Below are positions 25,364 through 34,725 of a DNA stretch of 64,000 bases, piece by piece. The translations under genes and the position numbers were made by a program. How positions within the stretch are numbered: position 1 is the stretch's first letter; each line of letters starts with the position of its first letter. The notes below the pieces were generated by a model, which did no database searches, was not told the origin of the DNA, and saw nothing but the letters and a program-made list of their open reading frames with translations. The stretch covers positions 1 to 64,000 of the IMG/VR virus record IMGVR_UViG_3300029882_000012. The stretch is one strand, 5' to 3'. The stretch is from a virus.

Positions 25364-25393
25364 AAAAAAGCCACGGTATTTAATCGTGGCTTT
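25364..25393 (-). terminator. Rho-independent terminator (works in both directions)
   Basis: AAAGCCACG/CGTGGCTTT stem with 9-nt loop; minus-strand RNA continues UUUUUUG; about 70 nt past the tmRNA 3' end. Confidence 0.6.
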
Positions 25394-25464
25394 CACTTTT
25401 GAATTACGCTGTCTGTCGTTCCTCTTTTTTCGTCTACGTTCTCGAGCCTCTATGGCGGTTTATG

Positions 25465-25775
25465 TGGAGGTGGAGAGGGTCGAACTCTCGTCCAGTCGTG
25501 TCAGTTTGATTAATAAGTTTGTTACATGCTTTTAGTACTAATTAGGGCTTCCCGGCATTAACCGTTCAGACATCCACCAATCCATTTTACAGTTGGATAA
25601 CTGTCAATTTGTATTAAGCTACCGCTTTAACCTGATTGAACATAGATACTACTTTAGCACCTGATGTTCCAACTATTGAGTTGTCGATTATTGTTTGATA
25701 CACATTTACAAGTATAGTATCATTCTTGGCGTGTTATTAATTACTTTAATCACCCTGTCAATTCCAAGCACCCCC
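25465..25775 (-). ncRNA. ssrA: transfer-messenger RNA (tmRNA), 311 nt
   Basis: 5' GGGGGUGCUUGGAAUUGACAGGG; 3' GGACGAGAGUUCGACCCUCUCCACCUCCA; 7-bp acceptor with G3:U; T-arm; tag frame 25614-25670 -> GTSGAKVVSMFNQVKAVA*. Confidence 0.85.
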
Positions 25776-25785
25776 ATTTTTTTAA

Positions 25786-25793
25786 CAAATATA
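25786..25793 (-). promoter_or_regulatory. -7 box TATATTTG upstream of the tmRNA
   Basis: Minus strand reads TTATTATATTTG-TTAAAAAAT-GGGGG; matches the Bacteroidota TAnnTTTG motif 10 nt before the mature 5' end. Confidence 0.4.
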
Positions 25794-25798
25794 ATAAT

Positions 25799-26140
25799 TT
25801 ATGCTGCTGATAGTAGTTTTTTGTACTGACTTTCAAAAGTATCTAAAAGCATCCTTTGTGTTCTTATTTTGGTTAAGGCGTATTCAATGAGCTTTTGAAA
25901 TGCAAATTTTGCATCTACTTGTTTATTGCAAACAATAAAGTAGTTAAACCCTGTCCCAAATTCAAAAACCTTAAATTTATTCATAAATTCATATTTTGAA
26001 AGTGTCACTATTTCTTTACCTGTATTGAATTTTAATTGGTGGGGATTCTCTTCGGTTATGCGCAAACCTAAATCATACGACAAAATTGGTATGCCATTAT
26101 TGTCGTTTTTCAACGAATATATGTAGGATTTGGCGTTCAC
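25799..26140 (-). CDS. hypothetical protein
   Basis: Track ORF (GTG start at 26140); TATATTTG box at 26166-26173 upstream. Confidence 0.5.
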   Translation of the reverse strand: MNAKSYIYSLKNDNNGIPILSYDLGLRITEENPHQLKFNTGKEIVTLSKYEFMNKFKVFEFGTGFNYFIVCNKQVDAKFAFQKLIEYALTKIRTQRMLLDTFESQYKKLLSAA

Positions 26141-26220
26141 TGCTTTGACTAAAAATCATATAGCACAAATATAATAAACAATTTTCTTTATTTGCAACTA
26201 CAAAATTCAAGCCAAATTCT

Positions 26221-27759
26221 TTAAAAAGGTGCATCCCTTTCAATGGATTGTAAAAGGTTGCCATTTAAGAAGTCTAAAACCAATGGATGATCTGACAGTC
26301 TCATTAAACTACCCTTAAATTTCACAGGCACTTTGCATCTCATGCCCTCACGATTTTTAGCTACAATCAAAAAGGCGACATCCTTAAAATCTGTAATTTT
26401 TAATTGAAATTGAGAACAATTAATTTCCTGTAATGTGTCTAAAACATCTTCCATGTAGTCGGGTCGCCATATCAATATGATGTTATCGGCATCATGCTCT
26501 ATTGCCTTACATTCTCTCGTCATACCTAACGTTGGAATTCCGTGTTTTGCCTTTCTCGGGTCATCATTAAGCTGTGCTAACTCAATTATTGTAATGCCGT
26601 ACTTTTTGGCACAAGCCTTAACCCTACGGCTATTATCGGCTAATTGAAGTTCACGTGTGTTGTTAATTCTCATCAATGATGGGTCGCCTTTCATTAGTTG
26701 CACCGTATCAATGACAATCTTTTGTACCCCATATTTTTCAACCAAATCGGCAACGCTAAATTCAAATTCATTGATTGTGATCCCCCCATCGCAATCATCA
26801 ATATATATTTGGGCTTGCTCATACATATTCAAATAATGTTCGTATCGATTCTTTTCAATTTCATTGAATGTTTTGAGCGAAATTATATCTTTATCAATGC
26901 TTGAAATGTTAGCCATTAGCCTGATAGAATACTTCAATGATGACATTTCTAAGTTAAAAACGGCAACGGGTGTTTGCTTTTCTTTCAAATATATTTCGCC
27001 TTTTTCGTTCCAATCAAAACAGCAATTAACCACTTCAGAACACGCTAATGCGGATTTACCAACGCTTGTGGATGCTTCGATCAATCTAACATCACCGGGG
27101 GCATCTCCTTTTAGAATGTAATCCAAACCACGTATTCCAGTACCGGGGCCGACTAAGCCATCGTTCCGTTTCTTTAAAAGGTCATCCCGTAGTTCTTGGG
27201 TTAGATATTTACTGTCTTTTGATTTGTTTGAAAAAATGCCTTTTCGTAGGTCACGTACTCCTGTTGTAACCTTATCAATAATGTCAAATACATCTCCTGT
27301 ATCTTGGTAAGCACTTTGAATAGCCTCTGTTGACATTCTAATGACTTCCCTTTGCATGAATTTTTGGTGGACAATCAAAAGGTGAAATTCAATATTCGAG
27401 GCATTGGAAACACGACTTGTTAATTCGGTTAAATAATAACTGCCACCAATTAATTCTAATTCACCCAACCGTTTTAATTCTGAATTTACCGTCATTAAAT
27501 CGATGGGGCGGTTTTGGGTTTTAAGATTTAAGATTGCTTGACAGATTTTTTGATGCTTGTCCACATAGAAAATTCCGCTTTTGACTTTTGCCCAAACCGT
27601 ATCGTTCACCCTTTGCAACATCAATGCACCTAAAATAACTTCTTCGAGGTCAATACTTTGTGGAGGGAGCATCCCAAGTCCTGAAAATGGCGTTGGGGTA
27701 GCGACCCTATTTCTTGGAAGTCGTTTTGCTTGTTGTTCTTTATCGTTTTCAAAAATCAT
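26221..27759 (-). CDS. dnaB: replicative DNA helicase DnaB
   Basis: N-terminal 'PPQSIDLEEVILGALML', Walker A 'EASTSVGKSALA', 512 aa, DnaB-like C-terminal RecA fold. Confidence 0.9.
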   Translation of the reverse strand: MIFENDKEQQAKRLPRNRVATPTPFSGLGMLPPQSIDLEEVILGALMLQRVNDTVWAKVKSGIFYVDKHQKICQAILNLKTQNRPIDLMTVNSELKRLGELELIGGSYYLTELTSRVSNASNIEFHLLIVHQKFMQREVIRMSTEAIQSAYQDTGDVFDIIDKVTTGVRDLRKGIFSNKSKDSKYLTQELRDDLLKKRNDGLVGPGTGIRGLDYILKGDAPGDVRLIEASTSVGKSALACSEVVNCCFDWNEKGEIYLKEKQTPVAVFNLEMSSLKYSIRLMANISSIDKDIISLKTFNEIEKNRYEHYLNMYEQAQIYIDDCDGGITINEFEFSVADLVEKYGVQKIVIDTVQLMKGDPSLMRINNTRELQLADNSRRVKACAKKYGITIIELAQLNDDPRKAKHGIPTLGMTRECKAIEHDADNIILIWRPDYMEDVLDTLQEINCSQFQLKITDFKDVAFLIVAKNREGMRCKVPVKFKGSLMRLSDHPLVLDFLNGNLLQSIERDAPF

Positions 27760-27760
27760 A

Positions 27761-28009
27761 TTAGCAATATTTTAAGGTTGTTCTGTTTGAGCGTTCGCCA
27801 TTTAGATAGTTACAAAGCGTTCTATGCGGTATGTTATGGGCTTTGGCTGCTACCTTACCGTTCTCGTAAAATATGCCCGTTTCGAAGTTTAAAATCAGTT
27901 TTGTAGTCTTAAATCTTTGTGCTAATTGCCTTTCGTTTTCTGTTTCCATCGCCTTGTTTTGAATGTAACAATATAGGCAATTTTTCTTTTCGCAATTGTA
28001 GGTTATCAT
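27761..28009 (-). CDS. hypothetical protein, possible NUMOD1-like HTH
   Basis: 'VAAKAHNIPHRTLCNYLNGERSN'. Confidence 0.4.
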   Translation of the reverse strand: MITYNCEKKNCLYCYIQNKAMETENERQLAQRFKTTKLILNFETGIFYENGKVAAKAHNIPHRTLCNYLNGERSNRTTLKYC

Positions 28010-28485
28010 TAATATCTGAAATTGGTAAAATGAATAATAGCGGGGTCGTTTAATGGCTTATTAAACCAACCATAAAAATTTTCAAGGCTTAATCCATCGT
28101 TTTTAACCAATTCTTTCACATCGATTAATCGGGTTTCAAAGTCATCAAGTTTTACATAAGCAAGAATGCCCCGTGTTTTGCCAAACCACCCTACGGTTAA
28201 ATTTATTGGCTGTATGCCTACCTCGCCTCTGAAAAAACAAGCCAATTCCGTTTGTGATGAACAATAGGGCTTCCCCGACCATTCCCTAAGTGATAACATT
28301 GCTAATCCGGCATTAACTTCATCAATCCGTTTTTTCCAAAACTTATAGTTGCCTCGAATGGTGTGTAATTTAATATCATCAATAATTTGGGGATAAAAGT
28401 TTGTCGGTTCTCCTTTTCGTGGGTGATGCGATGGAAACTTTTTGCTTATGGTTATTACGTAGGTTTTAATTTTTAAATTTATCAT
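28009..28485 (-). CDS. hypothetical protein (ASCH-like?)
   Basis: ATG at 28485 in ATGA overlap; 'KLHTIRGN...' motif; weak. Confidence 0.45.
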   Translation of the reverse strand: MINLKIKTYVITISKKFPSHHPRKGEPTNFYPQIIDDIKLHTIRGNYKFWKKRIDEVNAGLAMLSLREWSGKPYCSSQTELACFFRGEVGIQPINLTVGWFGKTRGILAYVKLDDFETRLIDVKELVKNDGLSLENFYGWFNKPLNDPAIIHFTNFRY

Positions 28486-28847
28486 ATCCCAAAATTTTTT
28501 AGTATCCCCCAAAATGAACCCATAGTATCAACAACCATTGGATATTCACATTCCTCAATTTCATATTCCCCTGGCTCGTAACTTCCCCATTGGTCGGTTA
28601 CCATAAAATAAAGTTCATCTTGTTGATTAAAATTATCGGAATCAATATCGGTTTTACTATCAATTCTTAAAATCCAATAATTGGGTCGTTGGTCAATCGT
28701 TCCCCAATAGATTAATTGCAAGCCGTCCCCGTGAATCTCATCAATAATAACAGGTTCGACTACACATTCTTGCCCCCATAAATATTCAATATGTTTTGAT
28801 GTTTCATTCTTTATAAAATCATCAATATTTTGTGCGTTATTTATCAT
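28482..28847 (-). CDS. strongly acidic hypothetical protein
   Basis: Track ORF, Asp/Glu-rich. Confidence 0.5.
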   Translation of the reverse strand: MINNAQNIDDFIKNETSKHIEYLWGQECVVEPVIIDEIHGDGLQLIYWGTIDQRPNYWILRIDSKTDIDSDNFNQQDELYFMVTDQWGSYEPGEYEIEECEYPMVVDTMGSFWGILKNFGI

Positions 28848-29155
28848 AAATATTGTTGAAGTTCTTGTGCAACTGTTTTAAGTATCATTTTTTTGGATAC
28901 GTTGTAGGGTTCGCTGCCATCTATTGCTTGGGCTTTCTTCATGATATGGTCTATACATTTTTGCACATCATTTGGCATTTTATATTCATCAGGGATTTGA
29001 ATTAAGCCTCTATGAAACTGCAAATGGTAGCTTTTAATGGCATCTATACAATCTTCTCGGTAGTTGGCATCAAAACTATCGCTGGCATCTTGAACGTGCC
29101 AGTCCAATGTTTGTTCGGGTGTGTTAAAACCTGATAAAACTAATTCTCGTTCCAT
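28844..29155 (-). CDS. hypothetical protein
   Basis: Track ORF, 4-nt overlap. Confidence 0.5.
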   Translation of the reverse strand: MERELVLSGFNTPEQTLDWHVQDASDSFDANYREDCIDAIKSYHLQFHRGLIQIPDEYKMPNDVQKCIDHIMKKAQAIDGSEPYNVSKKMILKTVAQELQQYL

Positions 29156-29158
29156 TTT

Positions 29159-29467
29159 TTAAAAGTTTAAAGTTGATTTACTTTCGGCTAAAAATATATT
29201 CGAAATGCCTTTATTTACTTGCCATTCCCTATCACCTGAAATAAAGCTATCGACTATCTTTTCAAGCTTTTCAACGTCCCAATGAGGTCTTAACCGTTCA
29301 ATTGTATGCGCCCATTGTTCAATTTGGTTATCGTTAAGCGGATATGCTAAAATCATATTTATATCGGCTATTGTTAAGGCAATATTTATTTCTTTTGGGG
29401 TTAATTTTCTATTACCGACTTGAAGTATATTTGCTTGTTGGTATTGCAGACTTTTGTTGTTTTCCAT
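29159..29467 (-). CDS. hypothetical protein
   Basis: Track ORF with ATG start; 56-nt overlap with the upstream gene. Confidence 0.45.
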   Translation of the reverse strand: MENNKSLQYQQANILQVGNRKLTPKEINIALTIADINMILAYPLNDNQIEQWAHTIERLRPHWDVEKLEKIVDSFISGDREWQVNKGISNIFLAESKSTLNF

Positions 29468-30206
29468 TTCGGATTGAGTTTAATATGTTGACTAAATTGG
29501 TTTCTATTTGACTTAAATTAATATTCTCTTTTTGGTACGGTGTCCATTTCTCAAAATGGGTGAAAATATATTGAAATGCCCTTGGGACTTCTATTTCCAA
29601 ATCATCCTTATTTTTGACTTGCGTCTTCAAGTAAGTTATTATATTTTTCAATGCTGAACCCTCTTTCCCATTGATCTTTGCCCCAACATCGGTTCGAGAT
29701 AATATAAATTGATCATAAATTTCACAACATTGATTATGAATAGAAATTGGTTTCTTAACAACACCCGAAGTTTCAACTTCGGGAAAAAGATTATTATTAT
29801 TTACATTTTCTTTACTTTTCTTTACTTTAGATGTGTTATGTACTTGTTCGTTATGCGTTACATTTTCTACAACTGATTGTTTTTCACGCCATTCTGAAAC
29901 TCTTTTTTTTGTTTTTTCATTTTTTATCTTATAACTTTCACTAAAGTTTAATAATTGTTTGTTGAATGTTTCACCATTTGTTGAATGAATTAATCCTATT
30001 TTTTCCATAAACAACCAAACCTTTTCAAGCTTTTTCCCCACATCTAATTGCTTTTTTAAAACAACTGTTTTAATCGGCTTTTCTTGTTTTGCCATCTTTT
30101 CCAGTATGGCAAAAAATAATCCAGTCCCCTCATATCCAAACTCAATATATAGTTCAGATATTTTTTCATCATCTAAAGCACTCGTGTCGTGTAGAAAGTA
30201 TTTCAT
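29412..30206 (-). CDS. DUF4373 (Lin1244/Lin1753-like) replication initiation/organiser protein
   Basis: 'KYFLHDTSALDDEKISELYIEFGYEGTGLFFAILEKMA' N-terminal domain; ATG at 30206. Confidence 0.6.
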   Translation of the reverse strand: MKYFLHDTSALDDEKISELYIEFGYEGTGLFFAILEKMAKQEKPIKTVVLKKQLDVGKKLEKVWLFMEKIGLIHSTNGETFNKQLLNFSESYKIKNEKTKKRVSEWREKQSVVENVTHNEQVHNTSKVKKSKENVNNNNLFPEVETSGVVKKPISIHNQCCEIYDQFILSRTDVGAKINGKEGSALKNIITYLKTQVKNKDDLEIEVPRAFQYIFTHFEKWTPYQKENINLSQIETNLVNILNSIRNGKQQKSAIPTSKYTSSR

Positions 30207-30247
30207 CAATAAGTTTACCGTATGTCAAAAGTATAAGGGTCAAAAAA

Positions 30248-30421
30248 TCACGCTACCTGTTTTAAAGTAGATTTATCTATCCACTCCCGTCCTAAATAAG
30301 TTCGCTTTTCAACTCGTCCTTCCTTTACCCAATTGAATACCGTTTGTCTTGACTTGCCTATAAATAGGGCAAAATCTGTAACTGTCATTAAGTTCCTCGG
30401 ATTTATTTTATCTTTTTCCAT
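30248..30421 (-). CDS. MerR/excisionase-like HTH protein
   Basis: 'VTDFALFIGKSRQTVFNWVKEGRV'; ATG at 30421 (track start 30448 is GTG). Confidence 0.55.
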   Translation of the reverse strand: MEKDKINPRNLMTVTDFALFIGKSRQTVFNWVKEGRVEKRTYLGREWIDKSTLKQVA

Positions 30422-30510
30422 TGGTTCAAATATAAATAAATTTGTCACTATGTAAAGTAATTGTAAATAAAAAAATCCATACCATAATTAAACGATATGG
30501 ATTTCTTGTC

Positions 30511-30720
30511 TCAAATACCTTTCACCCATTCAATGCAATTCAAGCAATCAACTTTTTCCCGCTCAAACGCTGCGATTTTTGCCTCCAACACCTCGATACC
30601 ATCTTTTTTGAACTCGTATGGCATTTTTAATCCCACAACCAAACTTTCTTTGTGCGATGTGATGTTATCCTCGATCTTTGCTAATCGTTGGTTTAAAATG
30701 GCTAAAACATGGTCTTTCAT
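30511..30720 (-). CDS. hypothetical protein
   Basis: Track ORF, 4-nt overlap. Confidence 0.5.
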   Translation of the reverse strand: MKDHVLAILNQRLAKIEDNITSHKESLVVGLKMPYEFKKDGIEVLEAKIAAFEREKVDCLNCIEWVKGI

Positions 30721-31484
30721 GGTTGCATTGTTTGGGGTTTGTCAGTTAAATTTTCAAATTCGGTTATTTTTTTATCAAGTGCCTTACTTAGATTTTTCAT
30801 GTAGATAATATCTTTTTTCATTCCATCGATACCACCATCCAAAACAAACTTAGTTGCTTCACCTAATTTCTTTCCTGTTTGTCCGAAACGTGGATTTAAT
30901 AGTTTTAATCCAGTTGTTTCCTCAAACTCCCTAACGTCTTTTGAAAGTGCCTCATATTGTTCAATAGTTCGCTTATTTGAATAGTCACGTTCTTTTAACC
31001 CCGCTTGCTTTGCCTCGGAAACTTTATCCTCTATACTGTTTAATGTCACCCATCCGTCTTTACAAGAGGCTCGTTTTAAAACACAGGCTAAAAAACTTTT
31101 ACTAATCGGTATTGGACTTAACTTTGGTGCTTCCTTAATAACCTTTAATTTACCATCAACATTTATATGCATCCATCCCCAATTAATGGGTATTTCATCA
31201 ATTTTAGCTACATTTTCGTTGTCGGTTAATAAATACCACCTATCACAATATTGATAAATATTTTCAGCCTTTTCTGGGGTTTTAAGTTCTTTAAGCCAAT
31301 CGCCACGAAATGATTTTCTTTCAATGCCAATCATATCAAGTCCTCTACTCGGCCACAAACCCATTGCTAAAAAATCAGCCGACCTTGATGCACCAAAACC
31401 CGCAGCATCCCGAACTTCTGCCATTAATGCATATTCGCTTGCTGGAAATTTTTTTAATAATATATCAATAATTGGTTTCTTCAT
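30717..31484 (-). CDS. PD-(D/E)XK-like nuclease candidate
   Basis: 'SADFLAMGLWP...MIGIERKSF' (D...E-x-K). Confidence 0.35.
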   Translation of the reverse strand: MKKPIIDILLKKFPASEYALMAEVRDAAGFGASRSADFLAMGLWPSRGLDMIGIERKSFRGDWLKELKTPEKAENIYQYCDRWYLLTDNENVAKIDEIPINWGWMHINVDGKLKVIKEAPKLSPIPISKSFLACVLKRASCKDGWVTLNSIEDKVSEAKQAGLKERDYSNKRTIEQYEALSKDVREFEETTGLKLLNPRFGQTGKKLGEATKFVLDGGIDGMKKDIIYMKNLSKALDKKITEFENLTDKPQTMQP

Positions 31485-31485
31485 G

Positions 31486-31707
31486 TTAAATTAAAATATC
31501 CAACCCATTAACTAATATTTTCCATTGCGTTTCTGAATTGCCGTCTTTTCGGTAGGGTGTCATCAAAATATCCATCTCTGCTAATTCGTTGATATGATTT
31601 TTTGTTACTCCAAAACCTGCAATATTATCGTTGTGGATTTCAACGTCAAATGGTACTCTGTCGGTCAATGGTTTTCCATACGGGTTCAATTCAGGAACTT
31701 CGTTCAC
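31486..31707 (-). CDS. hypothetical protein
   Basis: Track ORF. Confidence 0.5.
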   Translation of the reverse strand: MNEVPELNPYGKPLTDRVPFDVEIHNDNIAGFGVTKNHINELAEMDILMTPYRKDGNSETQWKILVNGLDILI

Positions 31708-31740
31708 TTACATTTAAAATCGTTACTTTGATTTTGTGCC

Positions 31741-32358
31741 TCATGCTTGTTTTTCCAATTCGTCTTTTTTAGCCGCTTCTTTTGGTGTTAATTTGGTTAC
31801 GGTTGCCGAATTAAAAAGCGTCATTGCATTCGATTTATACTTGAGGAATTCTTGTGCTTCCAACAATAGCGTTTCTTTGTGTTCATCCGCAATCACTCTT
31901 AATGGGTAATTATATCCTTCGGGTAAAGTTAATGTGCTTATAACTGGTGATTTTAAATTAATTACTTCGCCATCTTCAGTTGTTTTTTTACCCAAAATTT
32001 GAAATGATGTGGTGTCCTCTTTATTGGTAAAAATAATGCCGATTACATCAATTCCTTTAAACCTATCGTCCACCTCATAAATGTGATCGGTGAAATATCC
32101 CGAATCAATCACTTTGTCTAAACGATCAGTTGGTTCTGCAAATTCAGAACGTACAAGTAAATGCACCTTAAACTTTTCCATAGCCCTATTAAAATCATCA
32201 TGGCGTTCCATGTTCGACTTTAGCGGTAATTCTTCTTTAACCGCCTTATTATGATTGTTTGGCGTAAAGTTGACTTTGTGTGTAATAACTGTTTTGGTTT
32301 CGGATTTGAAGATTATACTTCTAATGTCCTTTTTGATTTTCGTGCTGTCTAAACTCAT
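31741..32358 (-). CDS. hypothetical protein
   Basis: Track ORF. Confidence 0.55.
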   Translation of the reverse strand: MSLDSTKIKKDIRSIIFKSETKTVITHKVNFTPNNHNKAVKEELPLKSNMERHDDFNRAMEKFKVHLLVRSEFAEPTDRLDKVIDSGYFTDHIYEVDDRFKGIDVIGIIFTNKEDTTSFQILGKKTTEDGEVINLKSPVISTLTLPEGYNYPLRVIADEHKETLLLEAQEFLKYKSNAMTLFNSATVTKLTPKEAAKKDELEKQA

Positions 32359-32584
32359 GATTTTATGTTTTTTAATTTGTAAAATTAACTTTATTGATGG
32401 TAATTTAAAACGCTATGCTATTTAGTTAATGAATATTCCATACAAAAAAAATCATCCGTGGTTATGCTTAATAATTTATCCGTGAATTGAATAATCATAC
32501 ACGAACCCGCACATTTCACAAATGTTATTGATGCCTTTTCGTTCATCAAAATATCTTCGGCTTCTGCACCTGAAATTGTTGTAG

Positions 32585-33145
32585 TTATTTTTTCCATCTA
32601 TGTTCGTCATTAAGTTTTTTTAGCAAATCATCGGTTGCTTTTATAACATATTCATTTAGCGAATCATAATCATAAAATCCATTTTCGTTTAAATTTGGAT
32701 GTGACCCATAAATACCACCCGCAATTGCAAATGCCGCCTTAAAACGAATTTCTTTGTCATAATCTGATTGGAGTGCTATTACCTCATTTTTAGCCTCTTT
32801 AAGCGACCTTTCCTGATTTGATATAATCTTCCTCAACAAAGTTATTATCGTTACCTGTTCAGGCAGCAATGCAGCCTCTTGGGCTTTTCGGGAGTGCAAT
32901 AGATAATCCAATATTTCCAAAACCATAGGTTTGTCGGGGTCGTTTCTTAACCAATCCCATGTCGCCTTTCCATCTTGTTTGATTATTTTAAGGGTAATCA
33001 AAGCTTTCGGTACTGTTTTAGATATAGCATTGAATTTTACTATTTCCCCAATGGTGATATTGCTCGTTTTGGCGTTTAATTTTACTTGATTGAGAAAGTT
33101 AAGATACTTTTCAATAGTTTTTGGTTGCACGGTCTTATTTCTCAT
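32585..33145 (-). CDS. hypothetical protein
   Basis: Track ORF. Confidence 0.55.
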   Translation of the reverse strand: MRNKTVQPKTIEKYLNFLNQVKLNAKTSNITIGEIVKFNAISKTVPKALITLKIIKQDGKATWDWLRNDPDKPMVLEILDYLLHSRKAQEAALLPEQVTIITLLRKIISNQERSLKEAKNEVIALQSDYDKEIRFKAAFAIAGGIYGSHPNLNENGFYDYDSLNEYVIKATDDLLKKLNDEHRWKK

Positions 33146-33312
33146 TTTGATTTCATTGTAACTTCCATGATTCTAATTATTGCATTGGATTCCCTACGTA
33201 AGTCGCTCCACTTTTCCTTTGGTAGATTCGGGAAAACGTTACAGCTATAAAGTAATAAGTCGTTAAACCAAAAACTGATTTTTGCTTGGAGTAATAATCG
33301 TTTCATTTTCAT
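33142..33312 (-). CDS. small hypothetical protein (56 aa)
   Basis: MKMKRLLLQAKISFWFNDLLLYSCNVFPNLPKEKWSDLRRESNAIIRIMEVTMKSK; ATGA overlap downstream. Confidence 0.4.
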   Translation of the reverse strand: MKMKRLLLQAKISFWFNDLLLYSCNVFPNLPKEKWSDLRRESNAIIRIMEVTMKSK

Positions 33313-33319
33313 GGTACAA

Positions 33320-34123
33320 TTAAATAAATATCCCCGATGCTAATTGGTTCATGTATTTTCGGGCTTTTCCTACGGTTTGCGGAATGTTGTTTATAAATTC
33401 ATCATCTCGGTAAGAGTTAAACTCAATCACTCTTTCATTTAATGGAATATCCCATATTGGGTTTTTAATAGTCCATTCCTTGCAATCCATATCAAAACCG
33501 GGTTCCTCATTTTTGAACTCCTTAATATTGAAGATGTAATTTTTTTCAATTTCAATGCATTTTTCAATGTATTCTGGTTCATCCAAACTACAATTCATTT
33601 TATATTGCAATCGTTTTTTTTCATCCAATATTAAATGCCCCGGTGCGTTAACAAGAATAAATGCCGTACTCCATTCATCTGCTCCTGTCAAATTCATATA
33701 TCCTTGATTTTGGCATTCATAGCCTTTATCTAATTTATCATCGGGAAACGGGAATGTAAATATTGACCATGATAGTTTTATGTCAACTCCCTTTTTAGTT
33801 TTCATTATGTCCTTATTATCAGAGCAATCAGGTTCGCCAGTTAGGTATTCATTTTTTAGCCTAACCTCATTTTTATAATATAACTTTTTAGCCCACCTTG
33901 AATAAACTGTTATTCCTATTTCCTCATTTTCAACCCCCTTAACCATTTGCTTTGTGGTTATTTCTTTTCTACGTCCATACTTTTTTTCAAGAAATATTTC
34001 ACGTAAATATGTTTTGGTAGTTGTCGATAATAGACCCGCATCTTTATCGGCTTTCGCTTTTGGTTCTGTTAAAAGTTTTCCGTATGCGGAACAATGGATT
34101 TTATAATTGTCAAAATTTATCAT
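33320..34123 (-). CDS. YqaJ/lambda-exo-like recombination exonuclease
   Basis: PD-(D/E)XK-like 'GEPDCS...GVDIKLS'; sits directly after an annealase-like gene with ATGA overlap. Confidence 0.5.
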   Translation of the reverse strand: MINFDNYKIHCSAYGKLLTEPKAKADKDAGLLSTTTKTYLREIFLEKKYGRRKEITTKQMVKGVENEEIGITVYSRWAKKLYYKNEVRLKNEYLTGEPDCSDNKDIMKTKKGVDIKLSWSIFTFPFPDDKLDKGYECQNQGYMNLTGADEWSTAFILVNAPGHLILDEKKRLQYKMNCSLDEPEYIEKCIEIEKNYIFNIKEFKNEEPGFDMDCKEWTIKNPIWDIPLNERVIEFNSYRDDEFINNIPQTVGKARKYMNQLASGIFI

Positions 34124-34725
34124 TTTTTATTCTTTTTTAATTCTTTCAATTTGACATTTAGTGCTTCTTGAACAGCCTCATTATTTGGCAATTCCTTCAT
34201 AATTTCGTTCAATTCCATGATAGACTCACAGTCTTCAATTAAATGTAAAACTCTTTCATCGGCGGTCTTTTTCTTTTTGGCAGTGATTTCTTTTTGAGTC
34301 ATTTTAGCGTTATTCTTTTGTCTGTTGAGTGATTGTCCGAAACGTGGTCCAATACGCTTAGAGGCATTTTTAATCGCCTCGGAGTAACAAGCGGCTATTG
34401 CCGTTTTTATATCATTTACGTTTTTAATTTTGGTGGTGTTTTCCCATTCACCTTGTTGAACTGAATTAATTTGTATTGCAGCAGTACCGTCAAATCGTTG
34501 CCAAATTAAATCCACCGGATGAAATATCAATAGTGAAATGGTCATACATATTGAGCCAAAAAGTTCCGTTTGTGAATTTATTATAAATTGCACCCTACCA
34601 TTGTAAACAAAGTTCAAATCAGGCTCTAATACGCTTATTGGCACCAGTAAAAATTCACCGTCTTCCGATACTTCCGTTTTGGTTGGCGGTTGGTTGATTA
34701 GGTTGTTGTATTCTTCAATTGTCAT
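34120..34725 (-). CDS. Rad52/Sak-like single-strand annealing protein
   Basis: 'AIAACYSEAIKNASKRIGPRFGQSLNR' resembles the Rad52-family conserved helix; paired with the exonuclease. Confidence 0.5.
   Translation of the reverse strand: MTIEEYNNLINQPPTKTEVSEDGEFLLVPISVLEPDLNFVYNGRVQFIINSQTELFGSICMTISLLIFHPVDLIWQRFDGTAAIQINSVQQGEWENTTKIKNVNDIKTAIAACYSEAIKNASKRIGPRFGQSLNRQKNNAKMTQKEITAKKKKTADERVLHLIEDCESIMELNEIMKELPNNEAVQEALNVKLKELKKNKK

Noticed and set aside
25308-25535. Plus-strand 75-aa ORF across the terminator and the tmRNA 3' domain
   Set aside because: It overlaps the tmRNA T-arm and acceptor on the opposite strand and crosses a terminator hairpin. The tmRNA explains it better.
30248-30421. 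Lysogeny module (integrase, excisionase, repressor)
   Set aside because: Only an excisionase/MerR-like HTH, one XRE regulator and a truncated ImmA fragment are present. There is no integrase or recombinase in the window, so I do not call the phage temperate or the region a prophage boundary.
32418-32546. Extra ATCCGT half-sites (32454-32459 and 32477-32482) as further operator copies, and a 42-aa ORF in the 226-nt gap
   Set aside because: The half-sites are not arranged as the ACG-N8-CGT palindrome. They fall inside a weak possible ORF (MNEKASITFVKCAGSC...) that has no coupling to its neighbours. Neither call is supportable.
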